The position numbers were made by a program, and so were the translations under genes. Below the pieces are notes generated by a model. The model did not search any database. It saw only the letters and a program-made list of their open reading frames with translations, and was not told where the DNA came from. This document shows, one piece after another, positions 34,257-46,044 of a DNA stretch of 64,000 bases (position 1 is the first letter of the stretch; each line of letters opens with the position of its first letter). Origin of the DNA: Xylographa opegraphella. Taxonomy: Eukaryota. Where the stretch lies: NCBI GenBank assembly GCA_022813865.1, contig JALDZX010000053.1, forward strand, positions 62,001 through 126,000. The letters are read 5' to 3'.

Positions 34257-36868
34257 ATGGCCGACATCAGCGGCCTTGTTCTTACTGTTCTCGGCGTATC
34301 GTTTGAACTGGCTTCCACGCTTTACAGCTACGCCAGAGAGGTCAAAGAAGCGAAGAATGCAATTCAGCAATTAAGTAACGAACTGTACGCTCTGATTGGA
34401 GTACTTGAGCATCTCAAGCGACAGCAAGAGCAACTGTCCTTGTCCGGAAGCAAGTCAGAGGCGCGGGAAGCTCTCATGCAATCGTATGACGAGAGCACTC
34501 TCTCCTCTATCTTAATCGAATGCCTTGACTTCCTGCATGAATTACAGAAAAGCCTGAAGATGCCCACAGGTCGTCTGCGAAGTACCTTGCATAAATTGAA
34601 ATGGCCGCTGAAGGATGCGGATACCAAAGAACACCTTCAGCGGCTCGAGAGGGTCAAAACTTACTTCATTCTGGCTTTGGTGGCTGATGATCTGTCGGAA
34701 GCCCTTTCTTTAAGATAAGATTTTCTGATCTCTAATAGGTCAGTAGTGGCTTGACACGCGAAATAGCTTCGCAGATATTTGCGCTTAATTCTCTCGTCCG
34801 TGAAGACACTGAAGAAAAGCGCCTCCAGAAAACCCGTAAGTCTCTGGTTCCAAGGATCCACCACGATCGACTTGTTTACTGTTTTAGGCGATCAGCACAG
34901 GAGTATCGTCCAGTGGCTCTCGCCAATCAATGCCCAGACCATACGCACTAAGTTAGCCAGTACCCGTGTTAATGGCAGCGGTACTTGGTTCAGTAACAGT
35001 GAGATCTTCCAGAATTGGGTTGAATCGCATGAAAGCACGATCCTGTGGCTCAATGGAATAAGTCAGTTCCAGCACCCACCATTGCAAACAGTCCTCAGCT
35101 GATGGAATATATGTAGCTGGAGCCGGTAAATCAACCTTGATGTATGTGAAGAGAAACTCCGTACACACATCAGATTAAATGTTGTGCTAACTATGAAAGA
35201 ACTACGGCTGCGGAAAGACTACTGGCATTGGAAGATGTTCGGGAGCGTGTAGCCTACTTTTATTGTTCGTTCAGCGACAGTGCATCTCTCGATCCTGCAA
35301 ACATACTGGGCTCAATTCTTGCTCAGTTGTGCAAACCCGCAACCACTGTCTATTCCAAAATAGAGACTAGGCACGATTCCGATCGAGACAGAAGGTTTAC
35401 CGCAGATGAGCTTACGGATCTTCTCCTCGAAGTTATACAACAGGAAAGATCCGTCTATATCTTCCTTGATGCCGTCAACGAATGTGGAGATCCTGTTGAG
35501 GTTCTAAGCTATATGCGACGGCTCTCAGAACATCACCTAAAGAGCACCGTTCGCATATTTCTGTCCAGCATAAATGAAAGAGGTATAGAGGACTGCGTCG
35601 AGAGTTTTCCTTCTTGGAGTGTAACCACTCTACTACCAAGAAATATGAGTGATGACATAGAACTGTTGGTGTGGGCCAGCATTGACACAAACCCAAGATT
35701 GCGCAAGCACAGCAATGACCTAAAGGAAGAGATCGCAGGAACTCTGACACGAGGTGCACAAGGAATGTGAGGTTTCGTGCTGGGGCAGTACACTTGTGAT
35801 AGAAGCTGATGGCTGCAAGGTTCCGCTGGGTTCAGTGCCAACTTGAGCGACTTGCTAAGCTTAAGACCCAAGGAGCAATTCACGATGCACTAACAACACT
35901 ACCTCTCACACTGGATAGAACGTACGAAGATATGCTCTGCCGTATCGAAACTGAAGACAAGCAACTTGCAAGAGATATATTGGAGTTGCTATCATTTTCA
36001 TTGATGCCGATGAACCTGACCAGAGTATGTGAGTTTCTTCAAATAACGCTGGGTATGACCGTTTTGGATCATAATAAGAAGTTGACCGACCCAAAAGATG
36101 TAAGCTTGAGGCGAGAATTGGACTGCTTTTGATATTTAACTCTTGCAGGTCCTCAGCATATGTGGTTCATTGCTGAGCCATCAATACGAAGGTGTTACCC
36201 TTGCGCATCACTCCGTCAAGACGTACCTCGAGTCAAATCTTCAAGATAGAGTGGCATACTTCAAGGTTTCTGAAATCTCGGCACACCATTCCTTGGCATG
36301 GAAATGTCTCAATTATTTATCAATGGACGCTTTCGCTGATGGTCCCTGTGCCAGTCGATCGCTTTTGCGGGACCGCATTGCAAAGTTTCCGTTCCTTCTT
36401 TACGCAGCTAAGAACTGGACGCACCATCTAAATAATGTACCGACTATCGATGGCTCCTTGTGGACATGTTTGAGAGCGTTCCTTTTCAGCAGCGATTCGG
36501 GGCGCGGAAATTTCAGGTCATGGATCCAAGTAATGATACCTAGCTCAAACACTATAGACACCACGCCCCCTCTTTATTACGTGGCTTCATATGGAATCCT
36601 ACCCGTCGTTCGTTACTTACTTAGTGAAGGAGTCTCTACAGAGATAGCGGGAGGTCGCTGCAACGCCACGCCAATCAATATCGCTGCATTTCGAGGACAT
36701 GCTGACGTGGTCAAATTACTACTTGACCATGGTGCTAATCCGCTTGCAAAAGACGATAGTAGTCTTTCAGCTGTGGACTGGGCTCGGAATTTGAAGCACC
36801 ACGCTGTACTAGCTGTGCTTGCTTCAGCTGGCTATGGACCTCACAGCCACATACCAATGACGACATAA
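34257..36868 (+). CDS. Fungal NLR-like STAND protein: HeLo-like N-terminus, NACHT, ankyrin repeats; about 7 exons
   Basis: MADISGLVLTVLGVSFELAST...LKWPLKDADTKEHLQRLER; GSGTWF; spliced P-loop WLNGIT-GAGKSTL; AYFYCSF; Walker B IFLDAVNEC; GMFRWVQCQL; LPLTLDRTY; LAHHSVKTYL; ankyrin motifs PLYYVASYG and PINIAAFRGHADVVKLLLDHGAN. Confidence 0.88.
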
Positions 36869-38229
36869 ATGTACCTGGGAATACCATCGCCCTTGTGCAA
36901 AGGTCCTTATTATCAAACCGGGCAAGACGATTAAGTCCCGGGGCAGTACATGGCCAATACCATGACAACCGAAAGTCATGTAACAGAAATCAGTGTTGAT
37001 CGAAGTGAGGAGACACTGAGTCAGAACAAGCTTATTGGCGCTGATGGTTGACCTACCCATTGCTCGAATAGTCGATTGATCAGGATTGACAGATGGTCGC
37101 GCCACAGTCCACAGTTGCTGTTCTACACTTACATTCCGTTTCGGAAGATACTTATTACCCTGCGACAGGAACCCGCACTTCTCTGCTCCTCGCAGCCGGC
37201 GGAGCGGCTGGCTCTTCTCAAAGCTTAATACGAGACCGAACAACCGTCGTTTGAAACGACAGTCGCTGTCGAGATTCTGCCTCTACCGCCTTTGCACGGG
37301 AGCTCGTCCCCACGCATGGGTTCAAAGTCGTTGACTCGAGAGGCCCCTGTTCCCGCCCCTTCTCCCAGAGTTGCTGCCGCTATTCCTATAAAGTAGATGT
37401 TAATTTCCCGAGCCCGCGAGGAAAAGGACCGTGGAATCGCACCCCTCCTGCAGCGCAAGACTTAGCAAGTCACAGCTCGTGGCTTTGGGGGAGTTACTCC
37501 AGTCTGTCATCGATAGGGAAGTCCTCATGACCAAGGGGTTTTTTGCCCCCATACGCTTCCTTCTGCTAAGATCCGCACCCCTCCCAATCGGTCAGTATCG
37601 CGTTTGTGCTTCTGGAGTATTTGTTTTCGGGCGGTGTAGGACCGTGCTTGTGACTCGCATATCCCCACTGGCGCCTACACCCCTGGAGTGCTGGACTGTA
37701 TTGTTCACTGCGCATGCGGTTGTGAGGATCAGAACAACGAGGCACGGTGACAAAGGATATAGGGATGCATGTAAGATAGGAGTCATTGCGTGCTTGTGCA
37801 CATATTTTCCATCAACGCCGTGGAGAGCACCTTGGAGGCAGGAAGCCTCCGGAGACCAATCTGCCGCAGAGGCTCTGGTTACGCCAAGTCCGAAATGGTG
37901 CCACGGAGTTATCTGCATGTATCCTGAGGATCTACTAAGAATGCAACAGTTACACAGGAGCTGCATTCATACGCACGAGGTTGCCCAAACCCAACCCTAC
38001 GGCATCGTATGCACAGCCCTGTAGTACAATGAGTTACCCACGAATACCATCCCGACACGAACGTTTTATGCACACTCGACCGCCCGTATGTGACCCCCAT
38101 GGTTCTCATCGCGTCATGTACCCCACGACATGGTCTCCAAGCCTACCACCCACCCTATTCCAACAGTACCCTCGTCCCATATGTCCCGACTGGGCTCAAA
38201 AGACCTCCCTCCCCGCCCCCCTTCGTCCT

Positions 38230-39746
38230 TTAGAACTCCTTGAAAAACTCTTCGTATTGCTTCGACATTTCTCTCGTATACACGCTCTGCCGCTTCGGCT
38301 CGGGGTCGTAGTCATCAAAGTTACTAGCGTCTGCCGCGTGCGCCAGCTTTGGTATGATTGGCCCCTTCATCCGCCGGTAGTACAAGGCGTCCCAATCGAT
38401 GCCGCGGAAGAAGGGATGGTCTTTGACACGCTGCGAGCCGCCAGAGATGTTGCCCAGGCGGTTGGCGGGGTTGACGGTGCAGAGGCCGGCAATCAGGTCG
38501 CGGGCCTCGGGCAGCATGCCTTGGGGGTAGGGGATTTTGCCGTCGACGATTCTGGCGTGTTGTCAGTGGAGGTGGGCATGGGGAGCGGGACTAACGGACT
38601 TGCTATAGATTTTCAGGGGGTTCTGGTCCCAGAACGGGGGCTGGCCGACGAGGAATTCATAGATGAGGATGCCGAAGGCCCACCAGTCGACGGCGGTACC
38701 ATGGCCTGGGAAACTGGTCAGCATCAGCGGATTTAGCAAGTGGGATTATTGTACCTGTGTTCTTGATGACCTCCGGAGCGAGGTACTCTGGCGTACCGCA
38801 GAGGGTGTATGTCTCAGCTGAGAGCGGTTATGAGCATAAGCCATTTAGTAGGGAAGATGGCAACATACTATCGCCAATTTTCTTCGCAAATCCGAAATCT
38901 ACAAGCTTCAGATGTCCCTCCGAGTCTATAAGAATGTTCTCTGGCTTTAAATCTCTATAAGCGGTACCTTCGACATCGTGTAAGAATTCCAATATAAGAG
39001 CTATCTCCGCGGCATAGAAGCGTGCGGTGGTTTCGTTAAATCGTCGTGCACGACGTAGATATGTAAAGACTTCGCCTCCAGGGCAGTAATCAAGCTAGAG
39101 TCGGTCAAAAACTGGTGCGAGCTTGAGTTTGCGATGCACATACCAGCATGTACAGACATTCTTGATCCGAGAATGTTGTTATGAGTGTAGTGATGAAAGG
39201 ATGCCCGGCGACAGCACCGAGTGTGTTTCGCTCGTTGCGGACGTGTTCGACTTGCTTCAATTTGATGACTACGTAAAGAAGTTAGTATGGAACACTTCGG
39301 TTATAATCTAACAGGCATACCGTCGGTTTTACGAAGGATCTTCAACGCAAAAACCTTGTCCTTGTCCTCATCGGCCGGTTTTGCAAGCCGAGCTAGCCAC
39401 ACACGTGCGAACGTCCCTGGCAGCAGTCTACTCAGCTCACCATGGACCAGCCTGGCAAGAAAAAGAGAGTGGAGATACCTGTACCCAGTGTCTTAACTAA
39501 TTCGAAATCGTCGATTCGTAGTTGGTGCGAAGAGCCCCCCAGCTGTTTGTGTTTGGGGTTCTCAGCAATTTCTTTTGGCGGTAGTGGTTCAGCCAGAGTT
39601 GTCATCTGAGCCACGAAATGCTTCTCCCTTTCTTGTTCTTCATTGTTATGAGGAGCCCGAGGCACATCCTCCGCCGGCTTCGAAGATTTCTTGCTACCGG
39701 GCAGATGGCGCGGAATCATCGACTGAATTGCCGCTGCTGCTGCCAT
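38230..39746 (-). CDS. cAMP-dependent protein kinase catalytic subunit, secondary (PkaB/PkaC2) class, multi-exon
   Basis: [79 protein letters not shown] and C-terminal FKEF. Confidence 0.93.
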
Positions 39747-42700
39747 TGCGACTGTCGGATCATTGTTGATGGTTATCAGACATGGCAGCCAGGATGAGAC
39801 CCAGGTCGTTCATGGAATTGCTGAGCAGAAAGACACGAATGCCGGACACGGCACAGGAAGTGACATCGTTGGTGAGTATGTACCAAATACCAGATCGAGC
39901 TCTAGCCTCTGAAATAACAGTGCCGGGTTGCGACGACTGCGTCACGCAATGACGTCTTAGCGTCCCGGGCGGGCTCTACCGATCGAAGCCCTGAAGCCTC
40001 GTTAGCTCCTTGGCTAAAGATTGAGAGATCGGATTTGTCATCGGTTGCCAAGATGGAGTGTACAGTGTACAGTCTGAAGTCTGAAGTCCTGAGTCAGGAC
40101 GAAGCGTGTGTAGCCTCAATGCTCATTTGATGCGTCCACGGCCAGACTCGGAACCGGTAATTAGGATTGCAGATGATTTTTGAATTGTTCTTGTTTTTTG
40201 AAGTACACCTTGATCTCGATTTCCCACTTGTATAGATATATGTGAGTATATAATGCAATTCACTGGTCCAGAATAGCCTGCAGTTGGACGGGCTGGATCG
40301 TGAATCCACTCCTGCCGTTCTCACCTTCATTATATGTGGACATAACACGATGAGACGCTACTACAGGAATAACCCCATAATGGAAGCGGTTTACCCAGCG
40401 TTGAGACCCAGCTATGCTTACTTCTTTTCCGTCTTGGGTTCGCACATCATCAAGCACCGATCTCCACAGAAGGCTCATGGAGAGAGTAACAAGACTTCAG
40501 TCTCAGCAGGAAGATGAAGTAGTCGTCGGGCTAAATGCCAAGCCAGACTCGATGATGGTTAGTGTCTCGACAGACCCAGCTTTGCTTGAGTCTCGACGTA
40601 GGCAATAGTCGAGGTTCGTCCGATAGTTTGTGCTTCATGGAATGGCTCAGGTCGGACCAATGGCTACAGTCCAGTCTTCACGGCATTCACCTCTCAACCA
40701 AGCTCAAGACTAATCCAGCGTAGCGATGGCTTCATTCGAAAATGTCTTGCCATCATCCTCGGGTTTGGCGAGTGGCCGCAGAAAGCGCTCCGGAAGGTTC
40801 TCAACCTCTGACAAATTGTGAACAGCACAGAAAATATTGATTCTCCGAGCCAGCCAAGTCCTGGCTTCCTACCTCGTGATCTCACTTAGCTTTGCATCTG
40901 TCTAGGAAAATGCACCACAGGAGGCTACTGTAAAAGGATCGCAATTGGGTCACGTAGAGCCATGAATGACTCGGTGGTCAATTTGGAGAAAACTGAGAAT
41001 TTTTATGAATATTGTTACCAATATTCAACAAATTTGACCAGAAAGCTAGCGTTCCAATGACCCAAGAGATCAGCATAGATCAGCGCTGACAGACGACAGG
41101 TGTAAAAGCAGTTATGCAGACCCATGGCGATTGGGTCATTGGCATTAGGCAAAGGCCTATTGAGAATTCGTCTACAGATTTACGACCGTCGTCCACTGAG
41201 GTCGTTTACGCCTGTCGAATCAGATTTACGCAGCAGAAGAGAAATTTCTGCGGCTGTGATTAAAGACTGTAACCTCGAGATAGAGTGTCGAGCAGTCTAA
41301 GAGTCGCACGCGCCACTGATCTTAAAAAATCCACTACCGAGAGCGCAATGGCGGATTGATACGTTGCGATCATTGATGGTTCCCAAGAAACTGTGTTCCC
41401 TACCAATAGGATCACTAAGGACTCGAAGTCATTAATAACTCTCTGCGACCCCGGTCCGACATCTTACCGGTATCCATACTCCATTTTCAGTGACAAAGTA
41501 GAGCCTTTCTTCCGTATGCGGATTCGTCATAGGGAGATCCGTCTGACCCGGATCCTGAGTATTGAATTTTGGCGAGCGCTCCTCAATTAGATATTGAAAT
41601 CTATTGTCATGGACGATTGCCATCAAGTCTACCACTTACTTGCCGAGACAAGTTTCAGTGCCTGTGCAAAGTATTTGGCAACATGATGGTGAGATAGGAC
41701 TAAACATACCGCATCCGCTACCAGCACAGCTACTGTAGTAAACGTGATATCGGCCATGACCAGATGGAGGGTTTGAGGACGAGAATTGATGCAGTCGATT
41801 GCAGTAGCTCGGTCTTCCGTATAGCTATTGTCGTCATGACCTTCTTGCTAGATGTCTCCGGGATGCAATGGGGAGGTTGCGAGAGAAGTATGCGTCAATG
41901 CTTCGTGCGTCACAGGAAAATCGAGCACATCTTGGATCCATGGTCACTTCCACGTATGCGTGATATGGCATGAAGGTCGTAGCTATTTCAAGGAACCCTA
42001 GAGATTTTCTTAGCATGGCCACGTTCATTGCATGCAAGCAAGCAAAGTCTCGATAATGATTTCACACTTTTGTAGGATGTTACAACTCGGATGTAAGCAA
42101 GACTCGCAAAAAATCATCATTCCATGTCGTACTCGAACTCAAGGTCAATGGAAGGCAAATGAATGGACCGAGTATGTCAGCATCTAGTAAAGTCATTGGT
42201 TGAACCCATCATTATGGTTCGAGAGCGCGGTGGGGAGGAGGCACAAGAGCGAGATCCAGGTATTTGCAGGCATCATGAAATAGTTAAATGCAATTCCTAG
42301 GCCTGGGAGATACTCATAGAAGGTGCTTTGCCAACGTACAGGCTCAGATATGTCACGGAGCTTGGCGCGCCATAGAACGCAGGCTTTCATTCGGCGGCAG
42401 TGTATTGGACGGAAGGTTTCCTTGATATGGTTGCCTCGCCTGTCTCACAGATCCTGCAGTTCCTCTTCCTTTTTAGGAAGCTGCCGTCTAAAATTACTTC
42501 CTTATGCATGCTCAGTCCGACCTTTTGGGGTTTCCTGTCGACGCTGAAATAATCCCGCATATTGTATGACTCCTCAAAGATCACTGGTAAGGCTTGTCTT
42601 TAACTTGGACAGCAGGGTTGAATAGGATGAATAGGCGTCAACGTGAAGTTTCTCACCCGGTACTGGGGGGATTTCCCCTGCCATTTACTCAAGTATTCGA

Positions 42701-43362
42701 AAAAGGGGAGCATTGATTCGTTGAAAGTCCCGTAACCCCCTCCAATCAGCATATGTAAATTCCTCAGAGCCACTTAGATTCAAGACTCGGCGGTATATCA
42801 CCTTACTCCTCCAATCACTCGAATATTTGACCATTGAATTTGCTGACTTGAATCTTACATAGTAAGCAGATTGTCACTTGCGGTATACTACTGACCCCTG
42901 ACTCCTGAGTGGAATTTGGCGGAGCGAGATGCCACTTCCCTGATCAAAAGGCTAAGACACTTGAGACGTTACTGCACCGAAGATTGGGTCCAGAAGTGGT
43001 CCAGTTGGTATGCTAGTGATTTTAAAAGTGTATATAATGTACTCCATACGATGTATGCGGTACCTTTGCTACGAAGGCAATTGATCACTTGTTGAAATCA
43101 GAAACTTAAACTAGGCGAAATTTCAACAAAGGCTTGAAAACAGCTCCCTGTAATGAAAATCGTAATCATAATTGTGACGATTATGACATCAGTCACAAGT
43201 AATAGGGGTCGGGCTGGATCAGGACTAGCACCTTGAGTNNNNNNNNNNNNNNATGGAGCAGCCTCATCGCTTCTCCATCTTAATCTGGGTTGAAATCGTC
43301 CACCTAAAGCTTACGTTCTAGGCGTGCTTGTGTGGTGAGTTGATGAGCCGTAACAGCAGACT

Positions 43363-43560
43363 CGCAGGCGTGGCGAATATACACGCAGGCCACGCAGGCC
43401 CGCAGGCCCGCAGGCGTGGCGAATATACACGCAGGTCACGCAGGCCCGCAGGCGTATAACATGCGCGCAGGCGTGGTAAATACGTGCAGGCCTGCGAAAT
43501 ACGCCCATTATAATAAAATACGCGCAGGCCACGCAGGCCCACAGGTCACGCAGGCGTGTA
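43363..43560. repeat. Array of CGCAGG(C) units with a duplicated ~45-bp higher-order unit; likely transposon subterminal repeat
   Basis: gcaggcgtggcgaatatacacgcaggYcacgcaggccc occurs twice, plus many gcagg monomers. It lies close to gap 43239-43252 and AT-rich DNA. Confidence 0.7.
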
Positions 43561-43654
43561 ATAAGCGCGTAAACGTAAAAATTCGCGACTACTATAAAGA
43601 TAGCTATAAAAATATATTATATAAATTTTATACATAGTATAAATTTTATGTAAT

Positions 43655-43772
43655 TATGCGACTGGGTTAACCCGACCCAACCCAGAACCCAACCCAGAAC
43701 CCAACCCAGAACCCAGCCCAGATCCAACTCAACCCATAACCCAGTGGGTCAACCCAACCCATGCCGCAGCAT
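43655..43772. repeat. (AACCC/AACCCAG)n array with partly inverted ends; likely DNA-transposon or MITE end
   Basis: ctgggttaacccgacccaacccagaacccaacccagaacccaacccagaaccc...gtgggtcaacccaacccatgccgcagcata, embedded in TpA-rich DNA. Confidence 0.65.
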
Positions 43773-46044
43773 AAATATTGAAATGAAAATTTATAATTTA
43801 TAAATTCAAGGTTTTAATAATTATTAATTTTTTTCTCAGTGTTAATCTGTTACTGAATTCGTAAAAAGTATTAAAAGGCACGTGTATTTGGATCAGGGCG
43901 GGGGCAACAGTAATCGTATATTCGGTGAAGTTCGGTATAGGCCACGAGAACGTGACATATACCTCCTACGCTAGTACTGAACTAGGCTATACATAAATAG
44001 AACTAGCCTTCAGGTATTCCTTTATGCCTACCAGCAAGTGATGCTTCTACCAATTAACAAAAAGTATACTTTCTGATCAATTTTTTGTTTTTCCTTTTTG
44101 CTGATGAATGTAATATTCGATTAAAATAATATTCGATCGATCGATCGAACATTCGATCATCGGGTAATAATAGGCCCGCAATACTTCGTAGGGGTTTTAT
44201 ATTGCGACAGGTTTCCACTAACATGCACCGCCATTTCAGGTGCGAGCCTTTGGGCTAGAGGCTCCTTCCCTAATCCAGTTTAGCTTAAGGGACATTTCCC
44301 ACAAACAGGTACCTACCTTAAGTACTTTTGGAACTCGAACAAGCATCAATTGAACCTGCTGATTACCTTCTCGTTACTTCAATCTCGCATTTTCTGGCAT
44401 ATGGAGCTCATTGTTCAGCAGCATCGGGAGAGTATCTCCAGATCGAGATCAATTTGCCGCAAGCATACGGAGTATAGACGGTAGTCCTACGGAGGTGTAC
44501 ATTCAACAACCGTAGAGCATCGATGCCGCTCCATTCCCAAGATCTTCTTCTTTGTCGTACACCATATGAAGCAACAAGTATTGCTTTGTAGCATGCGGTT
44601 CCGATGCCCTCCGAGTAGCATGCAAATATTCTATCCGCTAATAACATGCCGACGAGGATGCATGAGGCGTAATAAAAGTGCTCTCGCCGTATTGGTTTGT
44701 TACGTTCCTTCCCTACTTCAAGCGTAAATCTGTTCTTCAATGCTGGTATCTGTTGTTGTTTTCCGCTAGGGCCTTGGTCACCCGGCTTGAACATAGATTC
44801 ATCGACTGTGCGATATTCTGCTAATCCTCAGAGGGTACTATATACTTTTTTCCACAACAGTGAAAGATCATTAGGAACTGAAATATATTTCTTAGCCAGT
44901 AGACAACCTTGTGGTGTCCGCTTGTGAGTTTGAAACGATTTCCCGCAGGCATATTTGGGAAGGACCTGTTGGTAATGTGACTTGGAATGTACGACATGCG
45001 TTTCCGGATTGTTCGAGCATCGTGTTCGGGTCCGCCTTGCTTCGTGTTCAAAGTCAAGATTCGTGATCCTGTGACCAGCTACTGGTGTTGTGGCTAGACT
45101 GTTTCAGATTGCTCCCCTTTCGAGTACGATAGATGCATGGATCTATGGCTGAAAGAGAGTTATCAGTTTGCGTCGAAGCCTTGCAGGAAAGTTCTCACTA
45201 TCGGATCTGACTTGTTCCTGCTATACCTACACCAGGGGCGAGCAGTTGAAAGCATCATCGGCGTTTATAAGATCATCACCTCGAAGTAAACATTGGTTTT
45301 GACAAGTACTGTTATTTGATGGTGCGAAGAACGATCTGAATGGTTGCCATCTAGCCAGCGGATTTCTGCTCAAGACTTCACAAGATTTACCATGCGTGCC
45401 TCGGCTCCCTCTCGGTCGTTATTTCTTCTGGACAATTGAATCGCATTACTAAACTACAGGCTCGCCCGGTTTTTCTAGCGCGGCAACACAATCCCATTAC
45501 ACAAGGCCGGTATGCACAAACACACTATCCTCGATGGATCTACACACAACAGCGAATACCAAAACGAGCAATTATATATTACCCCTATTCTGAAACTATG
45601 GACAATGATTGGTTGACGAAGCGATACCGCTCGGGTCACCCGAAAGCCATTGCGGCAGGTTGCTTCTCCACTTTCGATCGACCAATGAAACCTCTGGTAC
45701 TTCCGGTATCATTCTGCCAAATCCATGTCATGCACGCAAAATGATTTTGACTCGCTGATAGCAATCATGCAGGAGACGAAGCAGCGCATCAGGGAGTGCT
45801 CCGCCCCTACACCCGCTATAACGCATCGCTAATTATAGCCGCCGACTCCGGGTAAGGTGTCTGCTATTCGACACCAAGACCTCGATATTGCAACCTTTAT
45901 ATACTGTAAATATGCATGCATGCTGCTCTATGGGTCCTTGTTCGGTTTGTTTGTTGCCTTGTAAACAATAGGGGCGAAGCCCTCCGATGTGTCAGCTTGT
46001 GAGAAGTATGTGCATCCATTGCGTTTCTATTTTTGATATTCACA

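Noticed and set aside
24960..39746. G-alpha, CDC14 and PKA as a signalling gene cluster
   Set aside because: They are separated by unrelated genes with no shared motif seen; ordinary synteny suffices.
43363..43560. Repeat-spacer-like appearance suggesting a CRISPR array
   Set aside because: Units are irregular, the 'spacers' are themselves repeated, there are no cas genes, and the context is eukaryotic.
43655..43772. Possible interstitial telomere repeat
   Set aside because: The unit is AACCC/AACCCAG, not CCCTAA; it fits a transposon subterminal repeat better.
33400..43880. NLR plus PKA block as one mobile unit (Starship-like) bounded by the two AT islands
   Set aside because: No tyrosine recombinase or transposase is visible, the two islands share no evident terminal repeat, and PKA is a core gene.
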